Shown: positions 39,288-48,042 of the stretch, piece by piece
Position numbering within the stretch: position 1 is the first letter of the stretch
Layout of the letters: every line of letters begins with the position of its first letter
Origin: a virus
Virus record (IMG/VR): IMGVR_UViG_3300033144_005375
Location: 1-64,000 of that record
DNA length: 64,000 nucleotides
Reading direction: 5' to 3' (one strand)
Position numbers and translations under genes: made by a program
The notes under the pieces: generated by a model
What the model saw: the letters and a program-made list of their open reading frames with translations, nothing else
The model's database searches: none
Told to the model about the DNA's origin: nothing

Positions 39288-40196
39288 TTACACAAACGAG
39301 CGGGGCGATAAAATTCCCCGGCCGACCTGGGGACCGAAGGCAGATCGCACACCGAAGCCAAACTTCGGCTGCTGCAACCCACGAATGAATTTCACGGTAC
39401 GCGCCTTGGCCTCTGTGGCCTTGTCGAGCTGCCCCTCAGCGTTCTGCTTCAAACTCTCGTACTTGCTAGACTTCTCGATGCTGAGGCTGATCCCGCCAAT
39501 GCTGTAGTCAAACTCGTCGTGCACCCAATTGATGCTGAGCGCGAACAGGGCATGGACGGCAGCACCCCACAGGATGAACGTGCGCCACACCGGCTTGCGG
39601 GCGCACAGATCGTTCAGGGTGCGGATACCCTCCGTCTCCGGCGGCATCGCGTTGAACCAGTCCAGGGCCATCTCGAGGTAGCACAGAAGCTCGTGGTCCT
39701 CCCAGACGTACCCGAAAACCCGGTTGTACTTCTTGATGACCCCCTCCTGCGTAGGAGGGCGGAAATGGTAGTTCCGGTCGGGGTTATTGTCCCGAAGCAT
39801 GATCCGGAGTTTTTCGATCAAATCCTTCTCGCACTTCGACAAAAGTCGCTGCCCCAAGGTGCTGGTCGCAGGGTCGATGACCCCAAACTCCTGCACGACC
39901 TCTTGGACCTCATCCATCAAGGACTTGCGGAACGACCAACGGATTCGGTAGTCGCCCGCAGTGACCCCAGGAGGCACCATGATGGCCGCGTAGTACTCGC
40001 CCACCGCAGGGTTCTGAGGAGCCCTCTCGGCCGGTCCTACGAGCACCTCGATGCCTGGTGGGCCCTGGCTCTGATCCACGTAGTACAGCGCGTAGTTGAT
40101 TTCGGCCGCGTTGCAAGGGACGCCGAGTTCGTCCACCAGGAAGATCTTGAGATCGTTCCTACCGAGTTCTTGCCCAACAGTGAAGCATACGGCCAC
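39288..40196 (-). CDS. putative head-tail adaptor/neck protein (302 aa)
   Basis: LEMALDWFNAMPP...EFDYSIGGISLSI.KSSKY pattern typical of adaptor proteins. Confidence 0.6.
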   Translation of the reverse strand: MAVCFTVGQELGRNDLKIFLVDELGVPCNAAEINYALYYVDQSQGPPGIEVLVGPAERAPQNPAVGEYYAAIMVPPGVTAGDYRIRWSFRKSLMDEVQEVVQEFGVIDPATSTLGQRLLSKCEKDLIEKLRIMLRDNNPDRNYHFRPPTQEGVIKKYNRVFGYVWEDHELLCYLEMALDWFNAMPPETEGIRTLNDLCARKPVWRTFILWGAAVHALFALSINWVHDEFDYSIGGISLSIEKSSKYESLKQNAEGQLDKATEAKARTVKFIRGLQQPKFGFGVRSAFGPQVGRGILSPRSFV

Positions 40197-40199
40197 GGC

Positions 40200-40715
40200 C
40201 TACAACCTTATGTCGCCGAGCTCGAAAGTGTCGGCCACCGAGATCGGCAATTCTTCGCCACTCGAGGTGTCTTTCACTTCAATTTCGACCCCTTTCCCGG
40301 TTTCGGTTTTCACGTTGACTTCGGATTCGACCTCGATCTTGACCTTCATCTCGTGAGGTGCGGCCGGAGGGCCGTCGTCGAGGAGGTTCTTGCTCTTGGT
40401 CACCCACTCGTCCATGACGTGCAGGAGGTCGTCCAGGAACTGCTCGTCCGATTGGTCGATCGATTTGTACTGAATGAGCCGCGTGTAGATCTCGGTCTTC
40501 CCTTTGAAGGCCGCCTCGATCCCTTCTTTGGTGGTCTTCCCGAGGTCGTCGATCACACCCACGCTTGTCACAGCCGCATCAAGCTGGGGGAGAACTTCTT
40601 GCTCGATCGCCTTGCGCGCCAAAGGTGACACGGCCAGAAGCGCCGTCTTCTCCCGTTCGGAGGCGACGTGCTGCTGGACCGAATCGTCCCCTTGGATGAA
40701 CTGCTCAAGGCGCAT
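40200..40715 (-). CDS. hypothetical protein (171 aa)
   Basis: ORF within the operon. Confidence 0.6.
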   Translation of the reverse strand: MRLEQFIQGDDSVQQHVASEREKTALLAVSPLARKAIEQEVLPQLDAAVTSVGVIDDLGKTTKEGIEAAFKGKTEIYTRLIQYKSIDQSDEQFLDDLLHVMDEWVTKSKNLLDDGPPAAPHEMKVKIEVESEVNVKTETGKGVEIEVKDTSSGEELPISVADTFELGDIRL

Positions 40716-40721
40716 TGAAAA

Positions 40722-40970
40722 TCACTTGTCCTCGTGAGTCAGGGCCTTCATGACCTTGATCTCGTCAGCGTACGTGAGAGCCGAGACCTTGCTGGTGCGG
40801 TTGTAATACTGATCCCGAAGGTCACGCATGGACGCGCTGTCCGCTTCCCCAAAAAGGAAGTAGACACGTCCCCCATCTCGTTGCGTGCCAGTCAGTTTCA
40901 CTCCTGCGACCTTGAGGTATGCGCCGTAATACAGGTCCGAAGTCCTGTAGCCGGTCTTTTCGTCTGTCAT
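40722..40970 (-). CDS. DUF5659-like small protein
   Basis: YRTSDLYYGAYL...GRVYFLF...YYN...V.ALTY. Confidence 0.6.
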   Translation of the reverse strand: MTDEKTGYRTSDLYYGAYLKVAGVKLTGTQRDGGRVYFLFGEADSASMRDLRDQYYNRTSKVSALTYADEIKVMKALTHEDK

Positions 40971-40995
40971 TTTCCATCTCCGTTCGTATGTTTGG

Positions 40996-41023
40996 TTATT
41001 TGACCGTCCCAGAAAGGGAGGAA
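40996..41023 (-). promoter_or_regulatory. bulged hairpin leader element, copy 4
   Basis: UUCC-UCCC-UUUCU-GGGA-C-GG-UCAAAUAA. Confidence 0.6.
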
Positions 41024-41042
41024 GACGTAGGCCGATGACGAC

Positions 41043-41735
41043 CTACGGGAAGACCGTGCCGGTTTCGTCGTAGACCCCGACAGCCGACCCCGTGGTGGGG
41101 ACGCCGAGCACGTTGTCGTACGTGAAATTCGCGGACTTGAGCAGCGAGATATTGCCGTTCAAGTTCGAGACCTTGAACCGACCAATGTCGTAGAGCGGCG
41201 TGTAGGTGCCTTGCACGAAAGCGCCAGCGCCTCCGTCAAAATCACCAGCGCCGTCAGAGATCGCCGCACCCGCCGGAATCACGTACTGATTGCCCGCCAA
41301 GACGCTCAAAAGCTCGCTCAGAACACCCGTCGAGCCTCCACCGGTCAAAGAGGTGCCGCCCACAACAGCCGCCAGGACGACATTCACAGCCGCGAGATCC
41401 AGAATGGTGCCCGCCTGTGCGATCACCACGAGCGCCGCCGCAGCAGTGTCAGCTTCGGTACCGCTGAACACGGCAGAAGTCGCAACACCAGTCGTGTCGA
41501 TGTTGCCAATCAGATAGGCCGCGACACCTGTCAGATCGACGGCCGCAACGAGCGGAGGACCGGCCGTAACACCAGCCGCGATCAAAGGCTGCGGGATGTT
41601 GTGGATGTACCCCGTCTGGCCAGGACCAGGCGTGTAGATCTGGTTCCGGCTCGAGGTGTTCGGCCAAAGGTCGACCACCTGGAGAGTCCCAGAGGGAATG
41701 TCAGTCCGACGCATGATGAGAAACATTTGGGCCAT
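41043..41735 (-). CDS. virion-like paralog D (230 aa)
   Basis: IMRRTDIP.G.LQ..DL.PN.S.RN...GQTGY family N-terminus. Confidence 0.7.
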   Translation of the reverse strand: MAQMFLIMRRTDIPSGTLQVVDLWPNTSSRNQIYTPGPGQTGYIHNIPQPLIAAGVTAGPPLVAAVDLTGVAAYLIGNIDTTGVATSAVFSGTEADTAAAALVVIAQAGTILDLAAVNVVLAAVVGGTSLTGGGSTGVLSELLSVLAGNQYVIPAGAAISDGAGDFDGGAGAFVQGTYTPLYDIGRFKVSNLNGNISLLKSANFTYDNVLGVPTTGSAVGVYDETGTVFP

Positions 41736-41755
41736 TGTCTTGTCTCCTTGGGTTT

Positions 41756-42805
41756 TTACGGGGTGAAAAAGGTTCCGTCGTCGTTGTAAACGACTACAGC
41801 TTCGCCATTGGGGTTTCCGGCTACACCCCCGTAGACGAAACCATTGTCAGTGAACCCGAGAAGTTCACCTTGTGCGAAAGAAAGAGGGAGCCCGTCATTG
41901 AGGAACAGAGCTCGTAGGGTGCCAACGATGAAACCAGGACCCCCTGCCGTGCCGACCGGAGGTTGCACATCGAAAGTCGTGCCATCCGAATCGATCTGGG
42001 TGTTGTTGGGGACGAAGTACTGACGCCCCGCAAGGATGTCGAGAACGTCATCGAGCTGCACTGCCGTGATGGCACCCGTAGTCAACGCACCATTGATCGC
42101 ACCCAAAGTGAGAACACCAGCCGCTGAAGTCAGGTCACCAAAAGCGAGAAGCCCCAACACGTCCGACGCATTGGCGTTGGCCTCCACTGCCGTGAGGGAG
42201 TCCGCATCCGCACCACCAGCCATCGGCGTGGAAGTCAGGCTCGCGCTTGTCTGTGCAATCGCAATACTGTTGCCGGCGGTCCCCACAACGTTCGCCGTGA
42301 TAGTCACAACGCCCGCAACAGGAACTGCCGTAACGAGCCCCGTCACGGTGCCTGGAGGCGTGCCGTTCAGAGGATCGTTGATGGCTGCAGCGATCTCCGT
42401 CGCAATAGCTGCGACGGAGCCACCGGAAGTGTCCCAGTCATTCGACCCCGGCGTACGTGGAACCGCAGCTCCAGTGTAAAGCTGACCATCCACCGTGAAC
42501 GTGTCACCGGGCATCGCAGGGAACGCAATGGCGGTGATGTCACCAACCGCCGCCGCACCGCCCCCATCGTTGACGTTCGTGGCGAACCACCCCGCCAACC
42601 CACGCGCCTCCCGACGCATGATAATGGGTGTGCCGCCGCCTCCCGGCTGCATCACGACGACCGGGTCGTTCTGAACTGGGTCCACGTACTTCGTCTGGCC
42701 TACTGGCTCGAGCGTCAGGTTCCGCAACGAAGTGTTCGGGTCCATATCCAGAATCTGGAGAACCCCAGCCGGAACATCGCTCCGTTTCATGATGATGTAC
42801 GGCAT
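41756..42805 (-). CDS. virion-like paralog C with inserted sheath-type domain (349 aa)
   Basis: same family N- and C-termini; insert GDTFTVDG...RTPGSNDWD...IAAAIND...GTAGNSI. Confidence 0.7.
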   Translation of the reverse strand: MPYIIMKRSDVPAGVLQILDMDPNTSLRNLTLEPVGQTKYVDPVQNDPVVVMQPGGGGTPIIMRREARGLAGWFATNVNDGGGAAAVGDITAIAFPAMPGDTFTVDGQLYTGAAVPRTPGSNDWDTSGGSVAAIATEIAAAINDPLNGTPPGTVTGLVTAVPVAGVVTITANVVGTAGNSIAIAQTSASLTSTPMAGGADADSLTAVEANANASDVLGLLAFGDLTSAAGVLTLGAINGALTTGAITAVQLDDVLDILAGRQYFVPNNTQIDSDGTTFDVQPPVGTAGGPGFIVGTLRALFLNDGLPLSFAQGELLGFTDNGFVYGGVAGNPNGEAVVVYNDDGTFFTP

Positions 42806-43252
42806 TGTCAGGGCTCCTTACGGCGTGAAGATGGTTCCGTCGTCGTTGTAAACAGCCACCGCTTCCCCGTTGGGGGTCCCTGCGACGCCTCCGTAAACGA
42901 ACCCGCTGTCGAGGAAACCCTCGAGCTCCCCAACGGCGACCGACAGAGTCAGGCCATCGTTCAGGAACAGCACTCGGTTGGTCGCATCGATGAACCGAGG
43001 CCCCTCGGGCGTACCCACTGCGGGAGCGATCTCGTAGACACCAGCATCTTCGACCAGCGTATCCGCAGGAACGAAATACCGACGCCCAGCCAGGATGTCG
43101 AGGATATCCGTGAGTTGCCCGGCGACGATGGCACCAGCCGTCAGTGCACCATTGATCGCACCCAAAGTGAGAACACCAGCCGCTGAAGTCAGGTCACCAA
43201 AAGCGAGAAGCCCCAACACGTCCGACGCATTGGCGTTGGCCTCCACTGCCGT
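42087..43252. repeat. exact 107-bp direct repeat shared by paralogs C and B (42087-42193 and 43146-43252)
   Basis: identical nucleotide string gcaccattgatcgc...ccactgccgt. Confidence 0.9.
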
Positions 43253-43864
43253 CATGCCGCCTGCGTTGACACCACCCGAGAGAGCGGCACCAGACACCGT
43301 GAGGTTGGCACCCGTCTCGGCCAGCGTGATGCCGTTGCCTGCCGCACCGTCTTGAACTGCGGTGAGATCACAGGCTCCAGAACCACCGAACACCGCCGTC
43401 ACGTAAAGAGACAGACCGACAGGGATGTTATTGATAACACCGGTGAGGTTGGCAGCAGTTGCGTCCTCGGTACTTCCGATCTGCACCTCGAAAATCGAAG
43501 CTGGTGCATCCCGAAACGTGAGAGTCACATTCGGGCCACCCACAGTAGAAGTTCCGACGGTGGCAGTGTCGCCGTCGATCGCATTGCCAGCCCCTACCGT
43601 GATGTCACCACTGGCCGCAGTGCCGGCTACGTCAGGGACATTGGTGAAAAACCAGGCAGCAAGTCCTTGAACATCACGGAACACGGTGCGCTCCATCCCT
43701 GTCGGGATATACGCGACGACCGTTTCGTTGACGACAGGATTGACGTACTTGGTCTGGCCTGGAACGTCCAAGGTCAGGTTCCGGAGGGACGTATTGGGGT
43801 CCAGGTCGAGGACTTGGAGAGTGGCTCCCGGGATGTCACTCCGCTTCATGATGATGTACGGCAT
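42818..43864 (-). CDS. virion-like paralog B with inserted sheath-type domain (348 aa)
   Basis: same family; insert GDTATVGTSTVGGPNVTLT...TAANL..VIN...GAAGNGIT. Confidence 0.7.
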   Translation of the reverse strand: MPYIIMKRSDIPGATLQVLDLDPNTSLRNLTLDVPGQTKYVNPVVNETVVAYIPTGMERTVFRDVQGLAAWFFTNVPDVAGTAASGDITVGAGNAIDGDTATVGTSTVGGPNVTLTFRDAPASIFEVQIGSTEDATAANLTGVINNIPVGLSLYVTAVFGGSGACDLTAVQDGAAGNGITLAETGANLTVSGAALSGGVNAGGMTAVEANANASDVLGLLAFGDLTSAAGVLTLGAINGALTAGAIVAGQLTDILDILAGRRYFVPADTLVEDAGVYEIAPAVGTPEGPRFIDATNRVLFLNDGLTLSVAVGELEGFLDSGFVYGGVAGTPNGEAVAVYNDDGTIFTP

Positions 43865-43873
43865 CGTGTCTCC

Positions 43874-44539
43874 TTAGAGGACCGCACCATTGTCTGCGAG
43901 GATGGTGAGGGCCGGCCCGATCACTCCGTTATATTCGAAGTCCGCGCGTTTGTAGTTGAACAGGTCCCCCGCGCCGTTGGACACGTTGAAAGCACCTGTC
44001 GCCAGGATGTTCTTGACGCCGGGCAGCGTCGCGAAGAAACCGTTCCGAACGGGGTTGAACACGTTGCCACCATCTTCAACCGTGCTGCCAGCCGGAAGTT
44101 GATACTTCGCTCCGGAAAGGATCGACAGCACTTCCGTCAAAACACCCGTCGAAGGACCGGCCGTGAAATCGGTACCGGCGGTGGCGCCTGCAGCAATGAG
44201 TGCAGCATTCACGTCCGCCACCGTGATCGAAAGGCCGCCTTCCGCGCGACCGATGACCGCAACCGCCGCATCGTTGGCGTCCGTAGCAGTGATCGCCGTG
44301 CCCGACGAATCCTCGGTGTTATCGATAAAATAGGCCCCGAGACCGCACGAGTCGCGCAGAGTCAGGATCGGGCCTGCGCCCGTCGTGAGCACTGCGACCT
44401 CGGTCGGAATGTCGCGGACATACCCGCTCTGACCTGGAGGATCGAGCGTGTAGTTCCGCTGGGAGTCGTTTGGCTTAAGGTCATCGACCTGAAGCACCCC
44501 ATTCGGGATGTCGGTCCGGCGCATGATGATGTATGGCAT
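43874..44539 (-). CDS. virion-like paralog A (221 aa)
   Basis: MPYIIMRRTDIPNGVLQVDDLKPNDSQRN. Confidence 0.7.
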   Translation of the reverse strand: MPYIIMRRTDIPNGVLQVDDLKPNDSQRNYTLDPPGQSGYVRDIPTEVAVLTTGAGPILTLRDSCGLGAYFIDNTEDSSGTAITATDANDAAVAVIGRAEGGLSITVADVNAALIAAGATAGTDFTAGPSTGVLTEVLSILSGAKYQLPAGSTVEDGGNVFNPVRNGFFATLPGVKNILATGAFNVSNGAGDLFNYKRADFEYNGVIGPALTILADNGAVL

Positions 44540-44589
44540 CGTGAAAATTCCTCCGGTACCCGGGTTGGGGGTCTCTCTATTGGAGAGGG

Positions 44590-44606
44590 CTATAGACAGA
44601 TAACCG
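44590..44606 (-). promoter_or_regulatory. putative late promoter motif
   Basis: CGGT-TATCTG-TCTATAG upstream of the paralog quartet. Confidence 0.65.
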
Positions 44607-44617
44607 ATAGAGCGCTG

Positions 44618-45403
44618 CTAGCGCAGACCGGTCACGGTTGAGATCAGAAGCGAGAAATTGGGATTTCCGCCCGTAGAGCACAGGACGAGGTCGTCCTTCA
44701 TGCCCGAAGCATGGGAAATACTGGTTGCCGGGTCGATCTGGATCAGAGGCTGATCTTCGGCAACGGCGAAATACAGCGGGAGGGCCGCATCGTGATTCGT
44801 GATGACGATGGCATCGGCAAAAGCTGGGACACCGAACACCATGGCCCCTTGAGGAGCCGGGAGACCAGGTACAGCGGTGCCCAAGCTCGGAGCTGTCCCA
44901 TACAGCGAAAGCGCTGGGCGTGGCACGCTCTGGAAATCGGGATCCCGCATGATGAGGATCTTCGACTGGTTCGTCCCGCTCGCCGTTCCTGGGAAAACGC
45001 CACCAGGGTAGCCAGCAGGAACGCTGCCTGCCGCTGCCGCCGAAGCCACCGTGGAAACCTGAGTCCGAACGAACCAGAGGTTGTTGTCGGGTGGGACTTC
45101 CGGACTCAAACCGAAGAATTCATTCGGGTCGAACGTCGCTCGAGTCTGACCACGCGTGATGTCACCGGAGATTGCCGTTCCCTTTTGCCGGATCTCCTTG
45201 CTGATGAAGGTGCGGTCCCGAAGCACCTCGAACAGTGCAGTCGTACCCACACCACCAACACCGTTGAAAGCTCCGTAGGCGTTGTCCAACGTGTTGGCTA
45301 CGCGAATTCGGTAGCCAAGGATGTCTTCATTGTTGATGAACTGGATCAGAGCGAACTGCTTCGCACGATCCAGAATGTTGGGAATAGGGATGCCGCTGCT
45401 CAT
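44618..45403 (-). CDS. hypothetical virion-like protein (261 aa)
   Basis: beta-rich ORF coupled to the FmdB-like gene. Confidence 0.55.
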   Translation of the reverse strand: MSSGIPIPNILDRAKQFALIQFINNEDILGYRIRVANTLDNAYGAFNGVGGVGTTALFEVLRDRTFISKEIRQKGTAISGDITRGQTRATFDPNEFFGLSPEVPPDNNLWFVRTQVSTVASAAAAGSVPAGYPGGVFPGTASGTNQSKILIMRDPDFQSVPRPALSLYGTAPSLGTAVPGLPAPQGAMVFGVPAFADAIVITNHDAALPLYFAVAEDQPLIQIDPATSISHASGMKDDLVLCSTGGNPNFSLLISTVTGLR

Positions 45404-45792
45404 GCCGAACTAGCCTTGTCTTTCCGAGCCAGCCGCTCGTAGCCGCTCGAGTCTTTGCCTTTGGACTTCGCGAGCTTGGCAGCATCGCTCCAAGAATCGG
45501 TACGCTCACCACCCACGTTGGGAGCCAGCTTCGGGATCGCCCCGTCCATCTTCAGCTCATGTTGCTTGGCACCGGCACGTTTGCGGTTCGCAGCCATCTG
45601 ACCCGCGACCCGACCATTCTTGGTGCCCCACGAATCCCCTTTGAAAATGGTGCCAGGGAAACGATGGCCCAAAATCCGCTTCGACATCGTCTCGCACTCG
45701 GGACAAGGCTGAGGATCTTGGTAAAACTTCAAAGGAACGAGTTCGTCGAACTCGATCTCACAGGCTTCGCATTCGTAGGTGTAAGTCGGCAT
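45400..45792 (-). CDS. FmdB-family zinc ribbon protein
   Basis: MPTYTYECEACE...CPECE...FKGDSW; ATG at 45792. Confidence 0.75.
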   Translation of the reverse strand: MPTYTYECEACEIEFDELVPLKFYQDPQPCPECETMSKRILGHRFPGTIFKGDSWGTKNGRVAGQMAANRKRAGAKQHELKMDGAIPKLAPNVGGERTDSWSDAAKLAKSKGKDSSGYERLARKDKASSA

Positions 45793-45793
45793 C

Positions 45794-47575
45794 TCAGGAT
45801 TCCTTTCCTTCAAAATACCGACGAAGCACACGACGACTGATCTGTCGTTCCAAATGCCGTTGCGCCACGCGCGCTGCGATTCGTGCTTCCACAGGTTCGA
45901 TCTCAATTTGGTAAGAGCTATCGACGAAAAACCGCGAACCCAGCTTCCGGAGCGGGCTCTTCTTGGGTCGCACGAAAAAGTCCTGGGATTTATCCAGCAC
46001 CGCGTAGGCGTGCTTGCAGACCGGTCTCCAACGCGCAGGGTCTCGAATCTTGGGGTAGGCGGCCGTCCCCTGGAGTTTCCCCTTCTGGTAGTCGCTTTTG
46101 GTTCCCCAGTGCTCAGGGCCCCACCAACGCCAGAAGGGGCAACTACATGAAATTCGCAGATTGAGTTTCGGGAAATTAGTCGCGTTGCCCCGTTTGAACG
46201 CCTGGACCTTCACCGTGTGGTCCCCAGACTTCCATGTCCAGATCCAGTTCTTGGTGTCGATACGGCTCAGCTTGGGGATCCGCTTCTTCGCCCGCTGTTT
46301 GATCTTCTTGTCGCACCGCTTGAGGATGTCGCCGACCGTGAAAGCCTTCCGTTCGAGCCCGAACTTGCCACGCTCACCAACACCGAAGTGCGGGTGCGTG
46401 AGCTGGTGGATGAACTGCGCCGTGGCCTGCTTCACCTGGAAGTTGTTGTTGCGCTCGTAGCGATCCTGGCGACCGTCAGGAATGGCCTGGGTGTTGTTGA
46501 CCATGTCCGTGTACCAGGACATCGGCAGGACCTTCCCTGAACCATCCGTCGGGTTCGAGGTCGAAACATCCGGGTAATCAAGACCTCCGGACGCTGGCGG
46601 CTCGAGCTGCCACTGGAGACCCTTCTGCTCTTTCCCTGGTAGATCAGGAGCCCGCAACGACTCGCCCTGCTGCACGGCCTTGTCCTTGCGCGGGGTGCCG
46701 ATGTCACGGCTCTGGCCTTTCCCGAAGTTCTGGTCGAGTTGTCCAGGGGGCACCGTCTTCTTGGTGTGCGTGTTCCAGTTGGAGGGCCAGTTGGCCGCGT
46801 CCAGCTCGATCCCCAGCATCTCCATCACTTCGCCCAGGAGCTCCATCCCGGCCTGCCTCTGTCCCTCCTCGATACGCCACTCCTTGGTCTTCTGGGCCGG
46901 CGTACGCGGATCGATGCCTCGACGCGTGTACCGCGTCGGGTACTCACGCCGGTACTTCCGCTCGAGCTTCTCCTTCGGGAGCCGTTTCCCCCGAGTTTGG
47001 TACTCTACCCTCTCCTCGCGCTTCTTCTTGGGGTTGCGCGCGTACCAACGCTTGGAACGCAAACGTCCTACGTTGCCCTGGTTCTTCTGACGCTCATCCG
47101 GGAAAATCCCCCCGGTCGTAAGCTGATCGTCGATCGGGTCCTCTTCGTAGATGTCGTCTACGGGTCCAAGCTCGAAGGAATCCTCGCCGGGATCCTCCGA
47201 CATACCGAGCGTCTCGTTCCGACGCGTTGGCATGTTGTAGTCGAACTTGGTCGGGTGCCCGTACTCCTCACCAGGAACGGACAGGGTTCGGTCCGGAACC
47301 TTGCGAGGCTTGTTGTAAGTGGTCGGACCGATCCGCTTCTCTCGCTTCTTGTCGTGGTTGGACGGAAGCGGGAGGGCGCGTTGTTTCTCGTGAGACTGTG
47401 GGAGTTCGACGGGCCACGTCGAATCCAAATTCGACTGGCCTTGATCGATCGAACCGTTGTCGAACTGAGCAGGGAAAATCCCATCATGGGAGTCCTGATC
47501 GACAACGGTTTGGTAGCCAGGAGTATCCTGCCACCGAGGGCGATACGCCTTCTTCTTGATGCCAAAGTCGGGCAC
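45794..47575 (-). CDS. hypothetical protein with C-terminal SWIM-like zinc finger (593 aa)
   Basis: ISCSCPFW...CKH; RVxxR(H/Y) tails. Confidence 0.6.
   Translation of the reverse strand: MPDFGIKKKAYRPRWQDTPGYQTVVDQDSHDGIFPAQFDNGSIDQGQSNLDSTWPVELPQSHEKQRALPLPSNHDKKREKRIGPTTYNKPRKVPDRTLSVPGEEYGHPTKFDYNMPTRRNETLGMSEDPGEDSFELGPVDDIYEEDPIDDQLTTGGIFPDERQKNQGNVGRLRSKRWYARNPKKKREERVEYQTRGKRLPKEKLERKYRREYPTRYTRRGIDPRTPAQKTKEWRIEEGQRQAGMELLGEVMEMLGIELDAANWPSNWNTHTKKTVPPGQLDQNFGKGQSRDIGTPRKDKAVQQGESLRAPDLPGKEQKGLQWQLEPPASGGLDYPDVSTSNPTDGSGKVLPMSWYTDMVNNTQAIPDGRQDRYERNNNFQVKQATAQFIHQLTHPHFGVGERGKFGLERKAFTVGDILKRCDKKIKQRAKKRIPKLSRIDTKNWIWTWKSGDHTVKVQAFKRGNATNFPKLNLRISCSCPFWRWWGPEHWGTKSDYQKGKLQGTAAYPKIRDPARWRPVCKHAYAVLDKSQDFFVRPKKSPLRKLGSRFFVDSSYQIEIEPVEARIAARVAQRHLERQISRRVLRRYFEGKES
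45918..45934 (-). promoter_or_regulatory. putative late promoter motif (intragenic, upstream of the FmdB-like gene)
   Basis: CGGT-TTTTCG-TCGATAG. Confidence 0.55.
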
Positions 47576-47578
47576 GGG

Positions 47579-47995
47579 CTACCCCTCTCCGAGGTGCCGT
47601 CGCGCAACTTGACGCGCCATGTGTCGCTCCAACACCCGCTGCGTAGTTTGTCGAAGCATGGGAGCCGAAAAGGAACTCGTGCCTTCCACCGTCTCATCGA
47701 CACGGTTACGTCGGGTGATCGGGAGACGCTCACGAAGATGGTCCTTGCCCATCAAAGAGAGCGCGTAATTGATCTCGTCGAGCTGCTCCTCAAGGATCTC
47801 GAGCCGCTTCGGAAAGTTCACGATGATGTCCCCGGCAACCTGATAGAGATGCTCTTTTTCTGGGGAACTCTCGACGAGCTTGAGCACTTTCGACAAAAGT
47901 TGGTGCAACCGGTGGGCTTCCACCCGTGCGGCACTTACGCCTCCAGTGATCAGGGCCCAGCCGGCCTGGCTTCCTGCGCTTCGTGAAATCGACAT
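47579..47995 (-). CDS. hypothetical helical protein (138 aa)
   Basis: ORF after the promoter-like motif at 48017-48033; tail QRVLERHMARQVARRHL. Confidence 0.6.
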   Translation of the reverse strand: MSISRSAGSQAGWALITGGVSAARVEAHRLHQLLSKVLKLVESSPEKEHLYQVAGDIIVNFPKRLEILEEQLDEINYALSLMGKDHLRERLPITRRNRVDETVEGTSSFSAPMLRQTTQRVLERHMARQVARRHLGEG

Positions 47996-48042
47996 GGCGC
48001 CTTCACAAGGGGCGCCTCATTGGCCGAAAACCGAAACCCAAC

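Noticed and set aside
42087-43252. Diversity-generating retroelement TR/VR pair
   Set aside because: The copies are identical with no adenine-specific differences, both are mid-gene, and no reverse transcriptase is visible
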